The notes under the pieces: generated by a model | What the model was told of the DNA's origin: nothing | Databases searched by the model: none | The model's input: the letters and a program-made list of their open reading frames with translations, nothing else | Program-made: the position numbers and the translations under genes | From: an uncultured Acidimicrobiales bacterium | GTDB taxonomy: Bacteria > Actinomycetota > Acidimicrobiia > Acidimicrobiales > SZUA-35 | Reading direction: 5' to 3' | Assembly: GCA_937997485.1 (NCBI GenBank) | Contig: CALKTH010000005.1 | Location: 2,812-66,811, forward strand | DNA length: 64,000 bases | In this document: positions 56,405 to 64,000 of the stretch, piece after piece | How positions within the stretch are numbered: position 1 is the first letter of the stretch | How the letters are laid out: every line of letters starts with the position of its first letter

Positions 56405-58042
56405 TCACGATGCTGCAGCCGCTGTCGCAGCGGAACTCGCCGCCTCGGCATGTGCGGTCCAGCGCTTGTAGTCGATCTTGCCGTTTGCGGCCCGCTCCAG
56501 GGAGGGAACGGCGAAGACCTGCTTCGGCGCCTTGTACGCAGCCAGTCGCTCCTTCACGTGTGCGATCACGCTGGCTGGATTCACGACGCCGTCCGCAGTG
56601 GCGACCACTGCGGTGACGGCCTGGCCGAACCGATCGTCCGGGATGCCGACGGCGATGGCGTCGAGCACGTCGGGGTGGAGCTTGATGGCTTCTTCGACCT
56701 CTTCCGGGAAGATCTTCTCTCCACCGGAATTGATGCAGACCGAGCCTCGCCCCAAGAGTGTGATGGATCCATCGGCCTCGATGGTGGCGAAGTCGCCGGG
56801 GATCGAATAACGAACGCCGTCCACGACGGGGAACGTGGCCGCCGTCTTCTCCTCGTCCTTGTAATAGCCAACCGGCGTGCGGCCTCGGATACCGACGCGT
56901 CCGATCTCTCCGGAACCGGGCTCGACGAGCCGTCCGTCCTCGGTGATCACAGCGGAATCCGGCGAGAGGGAGAACGTCGCCGTCTTCGCCGATGCCGCCT
57001 TCGAGCTGACCGACGATCCCATGCCGATGGCTTCTGACGAGCCGTAGGCGTCAACGAGCACGAGGTGTGGCCAGTGGCGGAGAAGGCCTTCTTTGCTCTC
57101 TGAGCTCCACATCACACCGCTCGAGATGATCACTCGCATGCCGGAAAGATCCCAGCGATCTGGCTCGGCGTCGAGCGCCGCCAGCATCGGCTTCGCAAAT
57201 GCATCGCCAACGATGAATGTGCTCTTCACTCCGACCGAGTCGAGGTTGTCCAGAAACTCTTCGATGGAGAACTTGATGCCCTCGAGCGTTGAGATGGCGC
57301 CACCCAAGGCCAGTGTGTTCGTGGCGTTGAAGAGGCCCGTGCCGTGCATGAGCGGGCAGGCCGGCAGGCTGATTGGGCCGGGCTTGAGGGTGCGGGCACG
57401 GACGGCGTCGAGGTCGAGCATGGCGGGCAGCGACACCTTGTTCTTGGCGTCGTTCACCATGAGGAGGTCGTCTTGGCGCCACATCACGCCCTTCGGCATG
57501 CCCGTGGTGCCGCCGGTGTAGAGCAGGAGAAGGTCGTCGCCGCTTCGGCCGTTCGGATGGCGGACGTTGCCCTCGGTCTTGGTGGCGACCGCGTCTTCGT
57601 AGGGGAGCGCCCACTCGGGGCAGGTGCCGGCACCGAGGCCGTCGGCCACCCAGTAAAAGGTGTGCACCTCCGGAACCTTCGAGCGGATGCGCTCAACGGT
57701 TTCGGTGAACGCATCTTGAAACACGACGGCACGGGCATCAGCGTTGTCCCAGATGTAGACGAGTTCATCGTCGGCGTAGCGATAGTTCGTGTTGACGTGG
57801 ACCAGTGAGGCCTTCGAGCAGGCAGAGAACGTCTCGAGATACTCGGGCCGGTTGTAGAGGTAGAAGGCCACCTTCTCCTGATGGCCGCAGCCTCGATCCA
57901 GGAGGGCTTGGGCGAGCCCGTTGGCCCTTCGGTCGAAGTCGGCCCACGTGGTGGTCTCCCCGGCATGAATCAGCGCTGGTGCTTCGGGGAGCACCTCAGC
58001 GATCGTTTCCCACACATCGGCGAAGGTCCATCCGTTGCTCAC
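56405..58042 (-). CDS. Acyl-CoA synthetase (FadD19-like)
   Basis: YTGGTTGMPKGV, PLMHG, CINSGGEKIFPEEVE; the 669-aa track ORF is over-extended at its 5' end. Confidence 0.93.
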   Translation of the reverse strand: MSNGWTFADVWETIAEVLPEAPALIHAGETTTWADFDRRANGLAQALLDRGCGHQEKVAFYLYNRPEYLETFSACSKASLVHVNTNYRYADDELVYIWDNADARAVVFQDAFTETVERIRSKVPEVHTFYWVADGLGAGTCPEWALPYEDAVATKTEGNVRHPNGRSGDDLLLLYTGGTTGMPKGVMWRQDDLLMVNDAKNKVSLPAMLDLDAVRARTLKPGPISLPACPLMHGTGLFNATNTLALGGAISTLEGIKFSIEEFLDNLDSVGVKSTFIVGDAFAKPMLAALDAEPDRWDLSGMRVIISSGVMWSSESKEGLLRHWPHLVLVDAYGSSEAIGMGSSVSSKAASAKTATFSLSPDSAVITEDGRLVEPGSGEIGRVGIRGRTPVGYYKDEEKTAATFPVVDGVRYSIPGDFATIEADGSITLLGRGSVCINSGGEKIFPEEVEEAIKLHPDVLDAIAVGIPDDRFGQAVTAVVATADGVVNPASVIAHVKERLAAYKAPKQVFAVPSLERAANGKIDYKRWTAHAEAASSAATAAAAS

Positions 58043-58067
58043 CCGTGGGAGGGTAGGAGTTGCGCCC

Positions 58068-58751
58068 TCAGCGGGACAAACGAGCGGCGACGATCTCCCA
58101 CACATCGGGATCGATGCCCATGCCCACGTGCGAACTCTTGATCTCGATGTTCTCCACGTCGGCGCTGAAGGTGTCGATGCAGGCTTGCCAGGAGACGATG
58201 CCGTCGTTCTTGGAGTACATCGCCGTGATGGGCACGTTGATCGGGATCTTGTTGCGTTCCTCGATCGTCGCCGCAATCGCGATGCGCTCCTCCGGGGAGT
58301 ACACGCCGCTGACCGTTGTGTAGAGGGGGCCGCCAACCACTGGCGTGCCATAGGTGATGACCTGGGCCACGAGCTCCGGACGGTCACGGGCGACCTCCCG
58401 GGAGAGGACACCACCCAAGCTCCAGCCCACCATGTTCACCGGCTGACCCGTTCGTTCGAAAATCGCCTCGACTCGCTCAACCACGCTGGGCAGCTGCCCC
58501 TCGACATCGCCATTGTTCGTGCCGAGGTCCCAACCGAAGGTCTGGAAGTTTCGGCGGTTCAAGTAGGAGCGCAGCGGAAGGTTCGACACATCGTTCGCCT
58601 TCAGCCCGGGCACGAACATGACCGGCTCCTGGTTGCCCTTCGGTCCCCGCAGCAACAGCGACGGTGTCCGCAGCGCAAGCCGGGGGACCTGGAGGATGGT
58701 CAAGCTCTCCTTGAGAATCTTGTTTCCGGCCGGTGGCTCGAAGTCGGGCAT
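58068..58751 (-). CDS. Alpha/beta hydrolase (lipase/PGAP1-like)
   Basis: GWSLGG, GTP, DGIV, SHVGM. Confidence 0.88.
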   Translation of the reverse strand: MPDFEPPAGNKILKESLTILQVPRLALRTPSLLLRGPKGNQEPVMFVPGLKANDVSNLPLRSYLNRRNFQTFGWDLGTNNGDVEGQLPSVVERVEAIFERTGQPVNMVGWSLGGVLSREVARDRPELVAQVITYGTPVVGGPLYTTVSGVYSPEERIAIAATIEERNKIPINVPITAMYSKNDGIVSWQACIDTFSADVENIEIKSSHVGMGIDPDVWEIVAARLSR

Positions 58752-58908
58752 GGTCGCAATGTTATGACCCCGCCGCCGACCCCTCATCGCGACCTTGCCC
58801 ACTCTTCTGCAAGACGCCGGGTGTCGGATGCGCGACGAGCGGTCTTGCAGACGTGCGGTTGGGTACGCAATGGATTGAGGGTGACCTGCACTACTAGCTT
58901 CGCTCGCC

Positions 58909-60093
58909 ATGGAGCTCGCCCCTGATAACCACCCGGCACGCCTCGCCTTCCGGGAGTGGCATGCCTCCAACCCGAACCCGTCACCGCGGGAGCTGGCGGA
59001 GTCGGGATACGTCGTCCCGCACTGGCCCGAGCCCTACGGATTGGGTGCCGGGCCTCTCGAACAGCTCATCATCGATGAGGAGATGGAACGGGCTGGAGTG
59101 AAGAGGCCCCAAAACCAGATCGCCATCGGCTGGGCTGGTCCCACGATCATGCACGCTGGCACCGAGGAACAGAAGCAGCGCTACATGATGCCGCTCCTCG
59201 CCGGCGAGGAGATCTGGTGCCAGATGTTCTCCGAGCCAGGTTCGGGTTCGGATCTGGCAAGCCTGAGTACGCGGGCTGAGCGGGACGGCGACATCTACCG
59301 GATCAACGGCCAGAAGATCTGGACGTCTGGGGCGCACAATTCCAAATTCGGAATTCTCATCGCCCGTACCGACCCTGATGCCCCGAAGCACAAGGGCATC
59401 TCGTACTTCATCTGTCCGACGGACCTGCCGGGCATCGAGCTCCGGCCAATCATCGACATGACGACCGCGTATTCGTTCAACGAGGTCTTCTTCGACAACG
59501 TGGAGCTCCCGGCGGAGAATCTCGTCGGTGAGGAGAATGATGGTTGGCGCCTCGCCAAAGTCACCCTCGCCAACGAGCGCGTGTCACTCTCCACCGGCGG
59601 TGTTCTTTGGGGGATGGGGCCAAAGACCGAGGATCTCCTCGACGTGATTCTGGCCAACGGTGGCGAGGCCGATCCGGTCATGCGTCAACGCATTGCCGAC
59701 ATGCACATCGAAGGGCAGATCCTCGACCTGATCCGTCAGCGGACACTCATGGCCCGACTCTCAGGCAAGCAGCCCGGACCGGAGGCCTCGATCCGAAAGA
59801 TCCTGGCCGACGAGCACGGCCAGAAGGTGATGAGCATCGCGAAAGACTTGGCGGGTGCGAAGGGGATGCTCGAAGACAGCGTTCCGGCGGAGGCAGAAGG
59901 AATCGCGGGGAACACTCGGAGCGCCCAGGGCGATGCCATGTGGCATTGGGGCTACCTGTTCTCCCAGGCACTCACGATCGGCGGCGGCACCGGCGATGTG
60001 CAGCGCAACATCGTGGCCGAGAAGGTGCTCGGCCTTCCGAAGGAGCCAAACGTCGAGCGTGGCATGACCTGGCGCGAAACCCGCCACGCCTGA
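58909..60093 (+). CDS. Acyl-CoA dehydrogenase
   Basis: WCQMFSEPGSGSDLA, INGQKIWTS, FNEVFFD, TIGGGT. Confidence 0.95.
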   Translation: MELAPDNHPARLAFREWHASNPNPSPRELAESGYVVPHWPEPYGLGAGPLEQLIIDEEMERAGVKRPQNQIAIGWAGPTIMHAGTEEQKQRYMMPLLAGEEIWCQMFSEPGSGSDLASLSTRAERDGDIYRINGQKIWTSGAHNSKFGILIARTDPDAPKHKGISYFICPTDLPGIELRPIIDMTTAYSFNEVFFDNVELPAENLVGEENDGWRLAKVTLANERVSLSTGGVLWGMGPKTEDLLDVILANGGEADPVMRQRIADMHIEGQILDLIRQRTLMARLSGKQPGPEASIRKILADEHGQKVMSIAKDLAGAKGMLEDSVPAEAEGIAGNTRSAQGDAMWHWGYLFSQALTIGGGTGDVQRNIVAEKVLGLPKEPNVERGMTWRETRHA

Positions 60094-60141
60094 CCTCCGG
60101 GCGACTCCAGGCCCCACCCGTCCAGCCTCTTCCCCTTTCAT

Positions 60142-60196
60142 CCCAGAATTGCGACGCTCATGTACCTCTCAGGTACATGAGCGCGGCAATTCTGGG
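60142..60196. repeat. Long imperfect palindrome (24 of 26 bp), REP-like
   Basis: CCCAGAATTGC-GA-CGCTCATGTACCT [CTC] AGGTACATGAGCG-CG-GCAATTCTGGG. Confidence 0.85.
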
Positions 60197-60247
60197 GCTC
60201 GCTGCGCACTCTCTCAGGTTCAGGACAGAGCGTGCCGATCCGCAGAC

Positions 60248-60742
60248 ATGGAGTTCTTCTCGTTCAACGGCCGGGCTGGACGGCTCGAGTATCTGGGCAT
60301 CGTCATGTCGGCGACGGTCGTGCACTTCATCAACGCGCTGCTCTTCGTGGACCTCGAGTCGTTCCGAGGCGATGGCACGTTCGACGCCAGCCCGCTCTAC
60401 TTCATCCCCTTTGTCTTGGCGACGTGGGCGACGTGGTGCGCGGCGATTCGTCGATGCCACGATCTCGGCCGCTCGGGCTTCTTCCTGCTCTGGCAGATCG
60501 TGCCGCTGTTGGGCCTGGCCGCCAGCTTGTTCATCATCTTTGGGCGAGGCGACGACATGAAGAATCGATTCGGGCCGCCGCCCTGGTCGATCTCCAACCG
60601 AGCGGAGAAGCGGGCCGAAATCGAACGAGCCGCGGTCTGGGACGCCACGGTCAACCAGCCCAAGCCTGAAGAGGACTGGGTGACCGAGGAGGGGACGTTC
60701 GACATGGACGGCCTTTGGAACGAATCCAACATCTCCCGTTGA
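60248..60742 (+). CDS. DUF805 domain membrane protein
   Basis: FFSFNGRAGRLEY, RRCHDLGRSG, NRFGPPP. Confidence 0.9.
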   Translation: MEFFSFNGRAGRLEYLGIVMSATVVHFINALLFVDLESFRGDGTFDASPLYFIPFVLATWATWCAAIRRCHDLGRSGFFLLWQIVPLLGLAASLFIIFGRGDDMKNRFGPPPWSISNRAEKRAEIERAAVWDATVNQPKPEEDWVTEEGTFDMDGLWNESNISR

Positions 60743-60777
60743 TGTCGTGCTCTCGGTGATCCCTCGATCACCGCTGC

Positions 60778-61692
60778 TCAGCTGAGCGCAGCGACCAACG
60801 GGGCCATCATCTCAGGGTCTCGGATGACGTAGTGCGTGATGCCGAGCTGCTCGCGAAGCCGCTCGATCTTCTCTTGGATCTCGCTTTGGGATCCCGCGAG
60901 CACGAACGGCGTGGCGTCCAAGACGTCGCGGTCGAGGCCGGTGCGTTCTGACACGCCGACGAGCGCCTCTTCCGCCTTGCCGGCGTCATCATGCATGGCG
61001 GTGACCTGCACGAGCGCCGATCGCTCGGGCCCGCCTGGTGCATCGATCTCTCCCAGCCATTCGCTGCGCCGCTGGATGTCGTCGATCGAGAACCCGCCCG
61101 CCGCCGGCGCTCCTGTTTCCGGTTCGTGCGTGAGCCCGGTGAACTGGAAGATGTCGGCGTGCGTTGCGGCGGCAGACACCATCCGCTTGCCATGGGCGCC
61201 GATGAGGAGTGGCACCCGAGTCTGTGAAGGCCGCACGCCGAGGTCTTCCACGTCGACTCGCACTTCCTGCCCGTCAAGCTCGGCCGTCCCAGTGTCGAGG
61301 AGTGAGCGCAAGACCTGCACGGTCTCGATGAAGCGCGTGACCCGCCGTCCCGGCGCTCGCAACTCGATGTCGCTGGCATCGTGCTCGGACTGCATGTAGC
61401 CGCTGCCCAAGCCGAGGGTGAGCCTGCCTCCACTCAAGGCATCGAAGGTGGCTGCGGCTCGGGCCAGCAGCACGACGTTGTGGAACTCGTTGTTGAGTAC
61501 GAGGGGTCCGAACCGGAGCGTGGTCGTGGCATCGGCAGCGGTCAGGAGCGGCAGGAACGGATCAACGGCGCCGATGTGGTCGGCGGAGAACAACTCCCGA
61601 TAGCCGAGTCCTTCAACCGTGCGAGCGTGCTCTCTCAACGCCTCCGCATCGGTGAACGGGCCGCCCTGAACGCTGAATGCGATGGGAGTCAT
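60778..61692 (-). CDS. LLM-class F420-dependent oxidoreductase
   Basis: EGLGY...ADH, LVLNNEFH, LSGGRLTLGLGSG. Confidence 0.9.
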   Translation of the reverse strand: MTPIAFSVQGGPFTDAEALREHARTVEGLGYRELFSADHIGAVDPFLPLLTAADATTTLRFGPLVLNNEFHNVVLLARAAATFDALSGGRLTLGLGSGYMQSEHDASDIELRAPGRRVTRFIETVQVLRSLLDTGTAELDGQEVRVDVEDLGVRPSQTRVPLLIGAHGKRMVSAAATHADIFQFTGLTHEPETGAPAAGGFSIDDIQRRSEWLGEIDAPGGPERSALVQVTAMHDDAGKAEEALVGVSERTGLDRDVLDATPFVLAGSQSEIQEKIERLREQLGITHYVIRDPEMMAPLVAALS

Positions 61693-61783
61693 GTCCTGCA
61701 ACTTATCAGTTGCGTATGCGGTTTCGCGAGAAAGTGTCTTGATCGACGGGCGGCGAACTCGCCGAGGTGGAACGGTGGAAGGT

Positions 61784-64000
61784 ATGGGAATCACGAAGTT
61801 GCTCGTCGCCAACCGTGGCGAGATCGCCATTCGAGTCTTTCGAGCGGCGTACGAACTCGGCATCGAGACGGTGGCCGTGCATACGTGGGAAGACCGTCAA
61901 TCACTCCACCGCTTGAAGGCCTCTGAGTCCTACCAGCTCGGGGAGCCTGGTCATCCGCTCAAGCCCTACCTCGATCCGGATCTCATCGTCCGAACAGCAC
62001 TGGAAGCGGGTGTCGACGCCATCCACCCGGGCTACGGCTTCCTTTCCGAGAATCCGGACCTGGCCGACGCGTGTGCTGCCGCCGGGATCACCTTCGTTGG
62101 GCCGCCCTCTTCCGTGCTCCGCCTCTGCGGCAACAAGATGCGCGCTCAGGCCTCGGCCGATGCTGCCGGGATTCCCGTGCTGCATCAGTCCGGCGAGGTG
62201 ACGCCGGAGACAGCACTCGAAGCAGCCGAGCCCATCGGATTCCCCATCTTCGTGAAGGCGGCGTCCGGGGGCGGTGGTCGAGGTCTGCGCCGCATCGACG
62301 ATCCGGGCGAGTTGGAAGCGGCTGTTGCCACGGCTCGGAGCGAAGCGGCCTCTGCGTTCGGAGACCCCACGGTCTTCTTGGAGCAAGCGGTGATTCGGCC
62401 CCGTCACATCGAGGTCCAGCTGCTGGGCGACGGCACCGACGTCATACATCTGTTCGAGCGGGATTGTTCGGTCCAGCGACGCCACCAGAAGGTGGTGGAG
62501 CTCGCTCCCGCTCCGGCACTCGATCCCGCCTTGAGGGACGAGATGTGCGCGTCCGCTGTCGCGTTCGGCGAAGCGATCAGCTACGTGAACGCAGGCACGG
62601 TGGAGTTCTTGCTGGGCGAAGACGGTCGCTACGTCTTCATCGAGATGAACCCTCGGATTCAGGTCGAGCACACGGTCACGGAAGAGACGACCGACGTTGA
62701 CATCGTGCAGACCCAGATCCGCATTGCCAGCGGGGCCTCCCTTCAAGAGCTGGGCCTCACCCAGGACCGAATGCATCAGCGAGGCGCAGCACTCCAATGC
62801 CGGATCACCACCGAGGACCCGGCCGACGGATTCCGTCCCGACACGGGCCGCATCCTCGCCTACCGCGAGCCCGGAGGTGCCGGCGTTCGCTTGGATGGCG
62901 GTGGCGGCTACGCCGGTGCCGAGATCACTCCGTACTTCGATTCGCTTCTCACCAAGCTCACCTGCCGAGGGCGCACGTTCGAAGATGCTGTTGCTCGGGC
63001 GGAGCGTGCGGTTGCCGAGTTCCGAGTGCGCGGTCCGGTGACCAACATCGCGTTCCTTCAGGCGCTGCTGGTCGATCCCGACTTCCGGGCGGGTGGGGTG
63101 ACCACCTCATTCATCGACGAGCGACCACATCTCATGGAAGGCCAGGTCACCCACGATCGTGCCACTCGCTTGCTCCGCTGGCTCGGTGAGGTCACGGTCA
63201 ACCGGCCGAACGGCGCTCCGCCGGCCGATGTTCTCCTCGCTGGCGACCCGACCGAAAAGCTCCCGCCTCATCCCAGCGAGCCGCCACCATCAGGGAGCAA
63301 ACAGCGGCTCGATGAGTTGGGGCCTGCTGGCTTTGCTGCATGGATGCGAGAGCGCCCGGGCGTGCTCGTCACCGACACCACGTTGCGAGACGCTCATCAG
63401 TCGATCCTCGCCACCCGTGTGCGCACGATCGATCTCGTTGCTGGCGCTCGACACATCGCCCACCTCAATAGTGACCTGTTGAGTCTCGAGTGCTGGGGCG
63501 GAGCGACCTACGACGTTGCCCTTCGCTTCCTTCACGAAGATCCCTGGGAGCGCCTGGAGAGAATCAGGGAGGCAGCGCCGAACCTCTGCCTCCAGATGTT
63601 GCTTCGAGGCCGCAACACGGTTGGGTACACGGCCTACCCCGATCGTGTGGCCCAGGCGTTCGTGGCCGAGGCCAAGCGCAGCGGAGTTGATGTCTTCCGC
63701 GTGTTTGATGCGCTGAACTCTGTGGAGCAGATGGCTCCCGCGATCCATGCGGCGATCGACGCCGGCGGACTCGTCGAAGGCACGATCTGCTACTCGGGTG
63801 ACCTCTCCAGTCCGAACGAGAACCTCTACACGCTCGACTACTACCTCGGCGTGGCCGAGCAGTTGATCGCCGAAGGCGCTCACGTCTTGTGCGTGAAGGA
63901 CATGGCTGGGCTGCTCCGGGCGCCAGCGGCGTTCACGCTGGTGTCCGCGCTGCGGGAGCGATTCGATGCGCCCGTGCACCTGCACACCCACGACACGGCG
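61784..64000 (+). CDS. pyc: Pyruvate carboxylase, runs off right edge
   Basis: Not in ORF track. KLLVANRGEIAIR, HPGYGFLSE, EMNPRIQVEH, DTTLRDAHQS, ECWGGATYD, HLHTHDT. Confidence 0.95.
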   Translation, partial: MGITKLLVANRGEIAIRVFRAAYELGIETVAVHTWEDRQSLHRLKASESYQLGEPGHPLKPYLDPDLIVRTALEAGVDAIHPGYGFLSENPDLADACAAAGITFVGPPSSVLRLCGNKMRAQASADAAGIPVLHQSGEVTPETALEAAEPIGFPIFVKAASGGGGRGLRRIDDPGELEAAVATARSEAASAFGDPTVFLEQAVIRPRHIEVQLLGDGTDVIHLFERDCSVQRRHQKVVELAPAPALDPALRDEMCASAVAFGEAISYVNAGTVEFLLGEDGRYVFIEMNPRIQVEHTVTEETTDVDIVQTQIRIASGASLQELGLTQDRMHQRGAALQCRITTEDPADGFRPDTGRILAYREPGGAGVRLDGGGGYAGAEITPYFDSLLTKLTCRGRTFEDAVARAERAVAEFRVRGPVTNIAFLQALLVDPDFRAGGVTTSFIDERPHLMEGQVTHDRATRLLRWLGEVTVNRPNGAPPADVLLAGDPTEKLPPHPSEPPPSGSKQRLDELGPAGFAAWMRERPGVLVTDTTLRDAHQSILATRVRTIDLVAGARHIAHLNSDLLSLECWGGATYDVALRFLHEDPWERLERIREAAPNLCLQMLLRGRNTVGYTAYPDRVAQAFVAEAKRSGVDVFRVFDALNSVEQMAPAIHAAIDAGGLVEGTICYSGDLSSPNENLYTLDYYLGVAEQLIAEGAHVLCVKDMAGLLRAPAAFTLVSALRERFDAPVHLHTHDTA

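Overview
High-GC actinobacterial DNA, probably Acidimicrobiia (inferred from mycothiol amidase, F420-dependent LLM enzymes and FadD19-like ligases). The first ~19 kb is a Wzx/Wzy-type surface-polysaccharide locus: CapD-like dehydratase, GDP-fucose synthase, priming sugar transferase, double GT2, flippase and two Wzy + Wzz/Wzc-like pairs whose kinase domains look degenerate. Embedded at 3.6-8.3 kb is a lasso-peptide-like module (PqqD/RRE, B2 protease, HprK-like kinase, ABC exporter) with a eukaryotic-PRMT-fold methyltransferase. No cyclase or canonical precursor is visible in the window. A candidate micro-ORF and a cloverleaf-like non-coding element flank the module. The rest is mostly housekeeping and lipid/sulfur catabolism. 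It includes a selenoprotein that the ORF track splits (in-frame UGA in a UxxC motif, followed by an fdhF-like SECIS hairpin) and several REP-like palindromic repeats. No rRNA, tRNA, CRISPR array or transposase was recognised. Product calls come from motif recognition by eye, not database searches; many start codons are best guesses.
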